DNA from: Alphaproteobacteria bacterium
Lineage (GTDB): Bacteria; Pseudomonadota; Alphaproteobacteria; SP197
Assembly: GCA_965228895.1 (NCBI GenBank)
Contig: OZ245842.1
Location: forward strand, 1,920,001-1,984,000
Direction of reading: 5' to 3'
Length of the DNA stretch: 64,000 nt
The stretch's first letter is position 1, and every line of letters starts with the position of its first letter. Made by a program: the position numbers and the translations under genes. The notes under the pieces are model-generated. The model ran no database searches and had not been told where the DNA came from. It was given only the letters and a program-made list of their open reading frames with translations. Positions 1 to 8,818 of this stretch are shown here, piece by piece.

Positions 1-265
1 CGACCTCATAGGCTTCGGCCATGGGGATGCGCATCAGTTCGGCGAGCGCCTGCAGGTGACGCGCGGAGATGTGTTTGTAGCGATCCTGGATCAGATGCAG
101 GTACTCGATCAGCAGATCGCGGTCGCGTGGCCGCCCGTCGAGCAGGGCGTCGATCTCGGCCAGCGCCGTCAGCTCCGGCTGGCGGCCCTTCGCCGTTGTG
201 CGGGTCTTGCGTTTGCCGGCGCCGGGGTGGCGTCGTCGTTTTAGTTCGCCGGTAGCGGTCGTCAT
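1..265 (-). CDS. N-terminal part of a NuoE/NuoF-like NAD-dependent oxidoreductase (formate dehydrogenase beta-type) subunit; runs off the window edge
   Basis: Not in the ORF track because there is no stop in the window. Manual translation from ATG at 265 (RBS GAGGT upstream) gives MTTATGELKRRRHPGAGKRK...KGRQPELTALAEIDALLDGRPRDRDLLIEYLHLIQDRYKHISARHLQALAELMRIPMAEAYEV, a NuoE-like N-terminus typical of fused FDH beta subunits. Confidence 0.8.
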   Translation of the reverse strand, partial: MTTATGELKRRRHPGAGKRKTRTTAKGRQPELTALAEIDALLDGRPRDRDLLIEYLHLIQDRYKHISARHLQALAELMRIPMAEAYEV

Positions 266-473
266 CGACCTCACTCGTTACGTCATGATGATGCGCCAGA
301 TGGCAACGTGGCCGGGCTGGCGCCCGATACAGACTGCATGTCTCGCGCCGAGGCAATCGGAAACATGGTCTCTGCGTTCTTCCAACCAATAACAGACCAA
401 TTTTCGCCTCAAACCATACGAAAACGAGGCGAATTGGCACCGAAAATCCGGCGGGAACGTGCCAGACGGAAAG

Positions 474-656
474 TCAAAAGTCACGCTCCGTCGCGACAAT
501 CTGAAGCGTCACGATGTCGCTATTGATCAAGCGCTTGCCGGCGTTCTCGAAATTGACCGTGACCCGCGCGCCGATCACGCTCTGCACTTGGCCGATACCC
601 CAGTCCGGCTCCGCCGGATGGCGGACCAACGTACCGGGAGCGATCAGGTCGCCCAT
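474..656 (-). CDS. DUF3553 family small protein
   Basis: MGDLIAPGTLVRHPAEPDWGIGQVQSVIGARVTVNFENAGK matches the family pattern; RBS GGAGA/AGGA upstream; divergent from chpT. Confidence 0.8.
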   Translation of the reverse strand: MGDLIAPGTLVRHPAEPDWGIGQVQSVIGARVTVNFENAGKRLINSDIVTLQIVATERDF

Positions 657-770
657 CGTCCTGTCTCCGCTGCTTGAGATCGATGCCATGGTCGCCGTGG
701 TGTGCCCTGTGGCACAATCGATTCTTCGGGTAAGCGCGACGACGCAAGCAGTACCGGGGAGGGGACGTCC

Positions 771-1361
771 ATGATCGATGGGGAAGCACTCAGACTTTCC
801 GCGCTGCTGTGCTCGCGGCTGACCCATGATCTCGCCGGCCCCGCCGGCGCCATCGCCAATGGTTTGGAGCTTGTCCAGCAGCTACCGGATGGTGACGCCG
901 CCGAGCTGATTGGGGCCGCGAGCGAACAGCTGAAGCATCGCCTGGCCTTTCTGCGGCGCGCCTACGGTACCGGCCAGAGCCTAGATTGGCAGGAGGCCCG
1001 GCAGATTACCGAGAGCTATCTTGCCGGGGGGCGGCACCAACTTGATTGGCCGGAAGAAGCAACAGCGGATCTCGACCCAGCGTGGCCGCGTCTGGTCCTC
1101 AATATGATCCAGTGCGCGGTCGAGACCACACCGGCCGGTGGGACCATTGCGCTTCAACCATCTGCCCGGCCGACGATCGCCGCGCTGGGCGACGTCGCCG
1201 AGCAGCCGATCTTGGCAGGTGGTACCGTGCTGGAAGATTTGACGCCGCGCCAGATACAGCCGGTGTTCACCGCTTATCTGGCGACCTCGCTTGATCTTGA
1301 TCTTGATCTCGAAATGAAAGGGCCGGCGCATGCCGTCTGGCATGCCCGGCCCTTCGCTTAA
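771..1361 (+). CDS. chpT: Histidine phosphotransferase ChpT
   Basis: ALLCSRLTHDLAGPAGAIANGLEL H-box, RLAFLRRAYG and RLVLNMI degenerate CA domain; GGGAGG RBS before ATG 771. Confidence 0.88.
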   Translation: MIDGEALRLSALLCSRLTHDLAGPAGAIANGLELVQQLPDGDAAELIGAASEQLKHRLAFLRRAYGTGQSLDWQEARQITESYLAGGRHQLDWPEEATADLDPAWPRLVLNMIQCAVETTPAGGTIALQPSARPTIAALGDVAEQPILAGGTVLEDLTPRQIQPVFTAYLATSLDLDLDLEMKGPAHAVWHARPFA

Positions 1362-1376
1362 GCTTACAATGCGCGG

Positions 1377-2084
1377 TCAGCTTGCCTTGCGTTCGACGTG
1401 AGCGCCGGGCTCCGGCTCGCGAAGCGAATAGCCGCGGCCCCAATCGGTCTCGATATAGTGGTCGCCACCGGTCGCTTTGGCGATCTTGCGGCGCAATTTG
1501 CAGACGAAGACGTCAATGATCTTCAGTTCCGGCTCGTCGACACCGTTGTAAAGGTGAGTCAGGAACTGGTCTTTGGTGACCGTCGTGCCCTTGCGCAGCG
1601 CCAGAAGCTCGAGAACACCGAACTCCTTGCCGGTCAGTGACACGGGCGTGCCGTCGACTTCGGCGCGACGGTCGGTCATCTTGACCTTCAACCGTCCGAC
1701 CTCGACCTCGGATTGGGCGTGGCCCTCCGAGCGTCTGACGATCGCGTGAATGCGCGCGACAAGTTCCTCGCGGTCGAACGGTTTGGTCAGATAGTCGTCG
1801 GCGCCTTGGCCCAGACCCCGAACCTTGTGGTCCAGCTCGGCGAGCCCCGACAGCATCAGGACCGGCGTGCTGACCCGGGCGTCGCGCAGTTGACGCAACA
1901 CGCCGTGCCCCTCAACGTCCGGCAGCATGATATCCAAGATGATCAACGAATAATCGTAGGATCGCGCCAGCCCAAGGCCTTCCTCGCCGGTCGCGGCGAC
2001 GTCGACGGCGCACCCCTCCGCCTCCAGGATCCGGCGGACGGTTTCAGCCTCAAGTTCGCTGTCTTCAATCAGAAGCAGTCGCAT
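1377..2084 (-). CDS. ctrA: CtrA-family OmpR response regulator (divergent)
   Basis: GEEG..L...YDY.LIILD, GHAQS linker, LTGKE..VLELLALRKGTT, HLY.G.DEPELKIIDVFVCKLRRK, WGRGY; lies next to chpT and cckA. Confidence 0.88.
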   Translation of the reverse strand: MRLLLIEDSELEAETVRRILEAEGCAVDVAATGEEGLGLARSYDYSLIILDIMLPDVEGHGVLRQLRDARVSTPVLMLSGLAELDHKVRGLGQGADDYLTKPFDREELVARIHAIVRRSEGHAQSEVEVGRLKVKMTDRRAEVDGTPVSLTGKEFGVLELLALRKGTTVTKDQFLTHLYNGVDEPELKIIDVFVCKLRRKIAKATGGDHYIETDWGRGYSLREPEPGAHVERKAS

Positions 2085-2112
2085 ATCTCAGTTCCCGACT
2101 CTGTGGGACAAG

Positions 2113-2128
2113 TTTACGGGAAGTTAAC
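2113..2128. promoter_or_regulatory. Putative CtrA box upstream of ctrA (autoregulation)
   Basis: TTTA-CGGGAAG-TTAAC has one mismatch to TTAA-N7-TTAAC; GANTC sites nearby at 2097 and 2228. Confidence 0.6.
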
Positions 2129-2299
2129 CCTTTCCAGCAAAAGCGATCGCGACGAGGTGTGACGGTCATCAACCGATTTCCCCCGATTTGTGACATTTGC
2201 TGGCAACCCCCTTCAGAGGGGCTTGCGGAATCCCCTGCTTCCGACCTATAAGCGCGCCCGCAATCAAGGCTTTGCAACAACATCCACCAAGAGGGGTGC

Positions 2300-2722
2300 A
2301 TGGCCACCGAACTAGAACTCCCTGATGGTTACCGACCCACCAAGAGAGAGCCGTTCATGAACCCTGTTCAGAAGGAGTATTTCAGGAGAAAACTCCTCAA
2401 TTGGCGGGAAGAACTGCTCAAAGATTCAACCGAAACCATACGTCACCTGCAAGAAGAAACGTCGCCTGAGCCGGACCTGGCCGACCGGGCGTCCACCGAG
2501 ACCGACCGGGCGATCGAGCTGAGAACCCGGGATCGCGAACGGAAACTCATTTCAAAAATTGATGCCGCGTTGCGCCGGATCGATGACGGAACCTACGGTT
2601 TCTGTGAGGAAACCGGGGAACCGATCAGCATCAAACGCCTGGAAGCCCGGCCGATTGCCACCTTGAGCCTGGAGGCCCAGGAACGGCATGAACGGCGCGA
2701 GCGCGTGTATCGCGACGACTAA
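2300..2722 (+). CDS. dksA: RNA polymerase-binding transcription factor DksA
   Basis: EPFMN...YFRRKL, DLADRAS coiled-coil tip, GTYGFCEETGEPI...RLEARP; single-Cys alphaproteobacterial type. Confidence 0.97.
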   Translation: MATELELPDGYRPTKREPFMNPVQKEYFRRKLLNWREELLKDSTETIRHLQEETSPEPDLADRASTETDRAIELRTRDRERKLISKIDAALRRIDDGTYGFCEETGEPISIKRLEARPIATLSLEAQERHERRERVYRDD

Positions 2723-2772
2723 GACAAAAAGAGCGTGCCGCCCCGCGTAACGCGGGCGAGAATGACCTGCTA

Positions 2773-2808
2773 GAGGGGTTCAGACGTCGTCCGGGTCCCT
2801 TTTTTGTT
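2773..2808 (+). terminator. Possible intrinsic terminator after dksA
   Basis: Imperfect G:U-rich stem (AGGGGTTCAGAC/GTCCGGGTCCCT) followed by a T-run. Confidence 0.45.
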
Positions 2809-2997
2809 GGTTTTGTCCACGCACGCGATCGTGTTGACGATCACCAACCAGCAAACGCATCGGGCTCGCGCGAAAGCGGTAAATTGGTTTATGATCCCGC
2901 CCTAAGGCGTTGAAGTAGGGTTGGATTCACGGTTCAAGGCCGATTGGCTGAAGTGTATTCGACCGGCTTTGATGCCCGGCATTTGGGGATCCCGGCC

Positions 2998-5088
2998 ATG
3001 GCCGATGCGAAGTTTGCGGCGCTTGAGGAGCGTGCCGACCGGCAACGCCGCCGCCGTCGCGCCGCCATCCAGATGGCCGTCGTCAACGGTCTGCTGTTCG
3101 TCCTGGGCGCGGGCGCGGCCTTTCTGGCGTTGCGATCGTCGTCCGGAGAAATGGTCGCGCTGGTTGCCGCCATCGTCGTGATCGCCCTTGGTATCGTCTC
3201 CGTCACCTTCATCGTGTTGAGCGGAAGGGCTCAGGCGCGCGCCTTGCCGGTCGATGTGCTGGATGCGGTGGTCGACGGTCCCGTCGGCCTGTTTCATCTG
3301 GATGAACGCGGCCAGATAACATTCATGAACTCGAGCCTTTGCGTCTGGCTCGAGGCCGATGACCGGGAAGATTTCGCCCGCGGATTGCTGCAACAAGCGC
3401 TGGACGAGGCGGATGGCGAGCCGCGCCTGGAGGTCAGAACGACGACCGGCCGCCTGGCCCGTCTGACGGTCAACATCATGGAGATCGACGGTGGCGGGCG
3501 AATCGGTCTGGTCTGGCGCCGCCACCCGTTCCCGGCCGCCGGTCTGATGGCGCCGCCTGAGACCCTGGCGCGCCATTTTGTCGATCTGCTGGATGAAACC
3601 CCACTTGGAGCGGCCGTCGTCGATTCGACCGGTCGCCTGGTGTGCGCCAACCCGTCTCTGGTGGCCATGCTGGGTGATCAGAACATCGAGGGCCGCTATC
3701 TCGCTGACTATGTCGCGGTTGAAGATCGTTGGGGCCTGATCCGTCTGCTGGCCGATGCCGCCCAGTCGGGCACACAGCGCGGTGGTATCGAGGTACGTTT
3801 GGCCAATGACGGCGAGCGCAGCACCACCATGTTGCTGACGCCGCTTCGCCAGCCGGGCAGTGCGGTGCGCGGCCTCCTGCTGCACGCGGTCGATACAACG
3901 GCAAAGCGCCATCTGGAACAGCAGTTCGAGCAATCCCAACGCTTGCAGGCGGTCGGCCAGTTGGCCGGCGGAATTGCCCACGACTTCAACAACATCCTGA
4001 CCGCGATCAAAGGGTTCTGTGACCTCCTGCTGCGGCGCCATCAGGCCGGCGATCCGTCATTTGGCGAAATCACCCATATCAAGCGGGAGGCGGACCGTGC
4101 GGCGGGCTTGGTGCGTCAATTGCTGACGTTCTCGCGTCGCCAAACGCCCCGGCCGCAAGTCCTTTCCCTGGATCGCACGATCGACGACCTGTCTCAGCTC
4201 TTGCGGCGCCTGATCGGCGAAGATGTGGTGCTGCATGTCGAAAGCGGCACCGGGCAAAACACGGTCCGGGCAGATCAGGGCCAACTGGAACAGATCATTA
4301 CCAACCTGGTCGTCAACGCGCGCGACGCCATGCCCCAAGGCGGGCGGATCCTGCTGCGGACATCGGAGGTCGAACTCAGGGAACCGCGGGTGATGGCCCA
4401 CGGCATGGCACCGGCCGGTCCATACATCTGCCTGGAAGTGGTTGACGAAGGTTGCGGCATCGACGATGCGGACCTGGCCAAGATCTTCGAGCCGTTCTTC
4501 ACCACCAAGGAGGTCGGCAAGGGCACCGGTCTGGGTTTGGCGACCGTTTATGGCGTGCTGCAGCAAAACGACGGCTATATCGATGTCGAGAGCGAGGTGG
4601 GGGCGGGCACCGTCTTCCGTGTCTACCTGCCGCGTGTCCGCGCCATCGGATTGACCGTGGAGCCGGTAGCCGATGGACCTGGCGACGACATCGTTGCTTC
4701 GGCGCCGGCGGACAAGGGAACCGTCCTGCTGGTCGAGGATGAGGACACGGTGCGCCGATTTGCGGTGAGGGCGCTCAGCGCCAACGGCTACAACGTGATG
4801 TCGGCAGAATCGCCGGCGGTGGCGATTGCGTTGCTGGACGGCTATCAGGGTCCGCTTGACCTTATTGTCAGCGATGTCGTCATGCCCGGCATGAGCGGGC
4901 CTGAGTTTGTCGCCGCCGTGACCAAACAACGGGGTCCGCTCAAGGTTATCTACATCTCCGGTTATGCCGAGGATGCGGTCGGGTCGGGCGCCATCGATGA
5001 CGCCGCCTTTCTCGCCAAACCTTTTGATTTGGCGCAGCTTTCCGCCAAAGTCGGCGAGGTCCTGGATCAGCAGGGCACGGCGGCCTGA
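2998..5088 (+). CDS. cckA: Hybrid sensor histidine kinase CckA (2 TM, PAS-like region, HisKA, HATPase, receiver)
   Basis: [17 protein letters not shown]-box, [34 protein letters not shown]-terminal LLVEDE...[10 protein letters not shown]...ISGYAED...AKPF; directly upstream of recA. Start uncertain (TTG 2944 is an alternative). Confidence 0.9.
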   Translation: MADAKFAALEERADRQRRRRRAAIQMAVVNGLLFVLGAGAAFLALRSSSGEMVALVAAIVVIALGIVSVTFIVLSGRAQARALPVDVLDAVVDGPVGLFHLDERGQITFMNSSLCVWLEADDREDFARGLLQQALDEADGEPRLEVRTTTGRLARLTVNIMEIDGGGRIGLVWRRHPFPAAGLMAPPETLARHFVDLLDETPLGAAVVDSTGRLVCANPSLVAMLGDQNIEGRYLADYVAVEDRWGLIRLLADAAQSGTQRGGIEVRLANDGERSTTMLLTPLRQPGSAVRGLLLHAVDTTAKRHLEQQFEQSQRLQAVGQLAGGIAHDFNNILTAIKGFCDLLLRRHQAGDPSFGEITHIKREADRAAGLVRQLLTFSRRQTPRPQVLSLDRTIDDLSQLLRRLIGEDVVLHVESGTGQNTVRADQGQLEQIITNLVVNARDAMPQGGRILLRTSEVELREPRVMAHGMAPAGPYICLEVVDEGCGIDDADLAKIFEPFFTTKEVGKGTGLGLATVYGVLQQNDGYIDVESEVGAGTVFRVYLPRVRAIGLTVEPVADGPGDDIVASAPADKGTVLLVEDEDTVRRFAVRALSANGYNVMSAESPAVAIALLDGYQGPLDLIVSDVVMPGMSGPEFVAAVTKQRGPLKVIYISGYAEDAVGSGAIDDAAFLAKPFDLAQLSAKVGEVLDQQGTAA

Positions 5089-5152
5089 CCCCATCCGCGC
5101 CAACGGCTCGTTAACCATTTCTTCCTCGACGTTGTTCTAATTTCCATGGTTT

Positions 5153-5193
5153 GTTCTATTTTGGTTCTTGCCAACTGAGAACAAAGACGGTAC
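5153..5193. promoter_or_regulatory. Two alphaproteobacterial LexA (SOS) boxes upstream of recA
   Basis: GTTC-TATTTTG-GTTC at 5153-5167 and GAAC-AAAGACG-GTAC at 5179-5193. Confidence 0.85.
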
Positions 5194-5245
5194 TAGGATG
5201 TTTCATTGCGTCGCCCCCGACGCCTGTGGAATAAGGAGACCGTCG

Positions 5246-6346
5246 ATGGATTCGAGTGCTGCGCTGCGGCTGGTTGAAGGAAACGGGATGGAACGGGACA
5301 AGGCTCTGGATGCGGCGCTCAGCCAGATTGAGCGGGCGTTTGGCAAGGGCTCGGTCATGCGGCTTGGCCAGCAGGACCAGATTGTGGAGATCGAATCCGT
5401 GTCGACAGGCTCGTTGGGCCTGGACATTGGTCTCGGCATTGGCGGTTTGCCGCGCGGCCGCATCGTCGAAATCTATGGGCCGGAGAGTTCCGGCAAGACG
5501 ACGCTCGCGCTCCATGTGGTCGCCGAAGCCCAGAAGGCCGGCGGCGTCGCGGCTTTTGTCGATGCCGAGCATGCGCTGGATCCGATCTATGCCAGAAAGC
5601 TCGGCTGCAACATCGAAGACCTTCTGATTTCCCAGCCCGATGCGGGTGAACAGGCGCTTGAAATTGCCGACACGCTGGTGCGCTCCGGCGCGATCGACGT
5701 GCTGGTTGTCGACAGTGTCGCGGCGCTGGTGCCGCGCGCCGAACTCGAAGGTGAGATGGGCGACACCCATGTCGGCCTGCAAGCCCGCCTGATGAGCCAG
5801 GCGCTGCGCAAGCTGACCTCTTCGATCGCCAAGTCGCGCTGTCTGGTTATCTTCATTAATCAGATCCGCATGAAGATCGGCGTCATGTTCGGCAACCCGG
5901 AGACCACGAGCGGCGGCAACGCGCTGAAGTTCTATGCCTCCGTGCGCCTCGATATCCGCCGTATCGGCCAGATCAAGGACCGCGACGAGGTGGTCGGCAA
6001 CCAGACCCGGGTCAAGGTGGTCAAGAACAAGGTGGCACCGCCGTTTAAGGTCATTGAATTCGACATCATGTACGGCGAAGGCATCTCAAAAAACGGCGAA
6101 ATTCTTGATTTGGGCGTCAAAGCCGGCGTCGTCGATAAGTCGGGATCGTGGTTCTCACACAACGATCAGCGGATCGGGCAGGGCCGGGAGAACGCCAAGC
6201 AGTTCTTGGCCGACAACCCCGAGATCGCTCGCACCATCGAACACGCGATCCGCTCCAACGCGGGCCTTGTCGCGGAGAACATGATGGGCGAGGAAATTGA
6301 AGATACCGATAAGAAAGAACTGCCCGAGGCTGACGAAGCCGTCTGA
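5246..6346 (+). CDS. recA: Recombinase RecA
   Basis: [10 protein letters not shown]-loop, [23 protein letters not shown]; RBS AAGGAG before ATG 5246. Confidence 0.99.
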   Translation: MDSSAALRLVEGNGMERDKALDAALSQIERAFGKGSVMRLGQQDQIVEIESVSTGSLGLDIGLGIGGLPRGRIVEIYGPESSGKTTLALHVVAEAQKAGGVAAFVDAEHALDPIYARKLGCNIEDLLISQPDAGEQALEIADTLVRSGAIDVLVVDSVAALVPRAELEGEMGDTHVGLQARLMSQALRKLTSSIAKSRCLVIFINQIRMKIGVMFGNPETTSGGNALKFYASVRLDIRRIGQIKDRDEVVGNQTRVKVVKNKVAPPFKVIEFDIMYGEGISKNGEILDLGVKAGVVDKSGSWFSHNDQRIGQGRENAKQFLADNPEIARTIEHAIRSNAGLVAENMMGEEIEDTDKKELPEADEAV

Positions 6347-6359
6347 TGGATTGACCGGT

Positions 6360-6383
6360 GCGGGCTGTTTGCAGCCCGTTGTT
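6360..6383 (+). terminator. Hairpin after recA, weak terminator candidate
   Basis: CGGGCTG-TTTG-CAGCCCG followed only by TTGTT. Confidence 0.4.
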
Positions 6384-6451
6384 CGGGTACCCGTCAGGGG
6401 CATGGATTCTGCGTAGCCGCCCCGATAGTCTCCCACTGAGGGAGATTCACA

Positions 6452-8209
6452 ATGGAACGACGTTTGGCGGCCATACTCGCTGCCGACGTGGTCGGTTTCT
6501 CTCGCCTTATGGGCGAAGACGAAGCTGGAACGTTGGAGGCGCTGAAGGCGCTGCGTAAGGACGTCGTAGCGCCTGCCATTGCCAGCCACAAGGGCCGCGT
6601 CGTCAAGGTAATGGGCGACGGGCTGTTGGCGGAGTTTGCCAGCGTGGTTGAAGCCGTTGCCTGTGCTGTTGCGGTCCAGGCGGGGGTGCGCGAACGCAAC
6701 GCATCGGCGGCGGATCAGCGCGAGATCCTGTTGCGCATCGGTGTCAACCTTGGCGACGTCATCGTTGAGGGGCGTGACATCTATGGCGACGGCGTCAATG
6801 TTGCCGCGCGGCTGGAAGCATTGGCCGAGCCCGGCAGTATCTGTATTTCGGATACCGTTCACCAGAGCATCAGGGCCAAGCTTGATCTGTCGTTTGATGA
6901 CCTTGGACTTCAGACGGTCAAGAACATCGCCCAACCCATTCATGCCTATTTGATCACCGACGACACGGGGAAGAACGATGGCCAGGCTGGTCGAGATGAA
7001 CCGCTGGCGCTGCCTGAAAAACCGTCCATCGCGGTGCTGCCGTTTGACAACATGTCGGGCGACCAGGACCAGGAATTCTTCGCCGATGGCATGAGCGAAG
7101 ACCTCATTACGGCGCTGTCCAGGATACGCTGGCTTTTTGTCATCGCACGAAACAGTACGTTCACCTACAAGGGCCAAGCCGTCGAAGTGAAGCAGGTGGC
7201 CCGGGACCTGGGTGTGCGTTACGTGCTTGAAGGCAGCGTGCGGAAGGCGGGGAGTCGCATGCGGGTCACCGCGCAGTTGATCGATGCAACCACCGGCCAT
7301 CACGTCTGGGCCGAACGGTATGATCGACAAGTCGACGGCATTTTCGAGCTGCAGGATGAGATGACGCAGACCATCGTTGGGGCCGTCGAGCCTGAGCTCT
7401 CAGCGGCTGAGCGGGACCGCGTGCTTTCCAAACCGCCGGACAATTTGGACGCGTGGGAAAGCTATCAGCGCGCGGTCTGGCATATGTGGCGGTATGCCGA
7501 GGACGATTGCGCCAAGTCTTTGAGTTTTTTTGATCGTGCGATCGGGCTCGACCCGAACTTTGCGCCAGCTTATGCGTACAAGACCTATTCTCTTTACCAG
7601 ACCGTTATCATGGGTTGGTCACAGGACAACGCGGCAAGTCTCGCCGAGGGTCTGGTGTCGGCCGAGCGAGCCCTGCAGATCGATGATCAGGACTCCGTCG
7701 CCTTCTTTGCGGTTGGCCGCATCTACATGATGCAGGGCAAACACGACGCCTCGATCGACGCTTTGGAAAAGGCGATTGCCCTCAACCCCAGCTTCGCCCA
7801 TGGCTACCATGGACTGGGCATGTCGCTGACGCTTGCCGGGCGGCTGGATGAAGCAAAACAAGCCTTGGAGTACTCCGAACGGCTCAGCCCTCGCGATCCC
7901 ATTCTGTGGGCCTCGACCATTGTCCATGCCTTGGCGAATGTTCTGTCAGGCGACTACGAAGAGGGCGTGCGCTGGGCGATGGCGACGGTGCGCAACCCGC
8001 GCTCCACGGGATACTGGCCACACGCAGTCTTGGCGGCCGCTCTGGCCCATTCCGGGCGGCTTGATGAAGCACGCGAGTCTGTGCATTTGGCCGTCCAGGA
8101 GTTGCCGGATCTCACCTTGTCTTATCTGAAGACAACATTGCCGACCAAACAGCCTGATGGACTTGATCCTTATCTCGACGGATTACGCATGGCCGGTCTC
8201 CCGGAGTGA
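6452..8209 (+). CDS. Class III adenylate/guanylate cyclase with TolB-like domain and TPR repeats
   Basis: RRLAAILAADVVGFS, VVKVMGDG, LRIGVNLGDV, DIYGDGVNVAARLE; KPSIAVLPFDNMSGD..QEFFADG; C-terminal TPRs (AIGLDPNFA, AIALNPSFA). Confidence 0.93.
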   Translation: MERRLAAILAADVVGFSRLMGEDEAGTLEALKALRKDVVAPAIASHKGRVVKVMGDGLLAEFASVVEAVACAVAVQAGVRERNASAADQREILLRIGVNLGDVIVEGRDIYGDGVNVAARLEALAEPGSICISDTVHQSIRAKLDLSFDDLGLQTVKNIAQPIHAYLITDDTGKNDGQAGRDEPLALPEKPSIAVLPFDNMSGDQDQEFFADGMSEDLITALSRIRWLFVIARNSTFTYKGQAVEVKQVARDLGVRYVLEGSVRKAGSRMRVTAQLIDATTGHHVWAERYDRQVDGIFELQDEMTQTIVGAVEPELSAAERDRVLSKPPDNLDAWESYQRAVWHMWRYAEDDCAKSLSFFDRAIGLDPNFAPAYAYKTYSLYQTVIMGWSQDNAASLAEGLVSAERALQIDDQDSVAFFAVGRIYMMQGKHDASIDALEKAIALNPSFAHGYHGLGMSLTLAGRLDEAKQALEYSERLSPRDPILWASTIVHALANVLSGDYEEGVRWAMATVRNPRSTGYWPHAVLAAALAHSGRLDEARESVHLAVQELPDLTLSYLKTTLPTKQPDGLDPYLDGLRMAGLPE

Positions 8210-8224
8210 TGAGGAGGCCTGCGC

Positions 8225-8641
8225 ATGGACGATCGTCTGACTATTGAGACAACGCTTCGGCAACTGATCGACATCTTTTGGAACCAGCAAGCATTCGACC
8301 GGTTCGACGAATTCTTCAATGATGACTTCGTTCTTCACTCAGGACGTTCCGACTATGTCGGTGCACCCGGCCTGTGCGGCGGGTTCGCAGAGCCATTCGT
8401 GGCAGCGTTCCCGGATCTGCACCACGAAATCGTGTTTTTGCTGATCGACGGCGACATGGCGGCCATGCGCTACCACGGAACCGGCACGCTCAAGGGCAAT
8501 TATGGCAGCCTGAAAGCGGCGGGCCAGAAGCTTGATTACCACGGCACCGTGATCTTTCAGATGCGCGACGGTCGCATTGCCGAAGTCTGGGGTCACTCTG
8601 ACCTCGCCGACTGGGTCGCGGCGCAGGAGAGTGCCGCATAA
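8225..8641 (+). CDS. SnoaL-like / ester cyclase (NTF2 fold) protein
   Basis: AFPDLHHEI...DGDMAAMRY.GTGT..G...G......FQMRDGRIAEVW; strong RBS GAGGAGG 15 bp after the cyclase stop. Confidence 0.85.
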   Translation: MDDRLTIETTLRQLIDIFWNQQAFDRFDEFFNDDFVLHSGRSDYVGAPGLCGGFAEPFVAAFPDLHHEIVFLLIDGDMAAMRYHGTGTLKGNYGSLKAAGQKLDYHGTVIFQMRDGRIAEVWGHSDLADWVAAQESAA

Positions 8642-8818
8642 GGGGCCGCGTCTGCCGTCTTGATCGGGCGGTACGAACCCGCCACATCCCTTGCCAAGAC
8701 CGCTGCCGCTTGCTGGACAGCGGCCGTAGCCGGCGTTACAAGCGCGCGGCTCCAGCCTGTCGGGCGATTTTCGTCGGGCGCAGAGTGACCTGAGCCCTAT
8801 GTTCATGAGGGAAAGACC

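Noticed and set aside
6-440. Tracked ORFs 6..440(-), 56..244(+) and 198..392(+)
   Set aside because: They overlap the real minus-strand NuoE/F-like CDS starting at 265 in other frames.
430-470. TGGCAC(G) sequences on both strands suggesting a sigma54 promoter
   Set aside because: No TTGC at the -12 position in either orientation.
1290-1310. (CTTGAT)x3 microrepeat in chpT
   Set aside because: In-frame hexamer encoding LDLDLD; too short to imply phase variation.
2300-2722. DksA lacking the four-Cys zinc finger
   Set aside because: Standard alphaproteobacterial DksA type.
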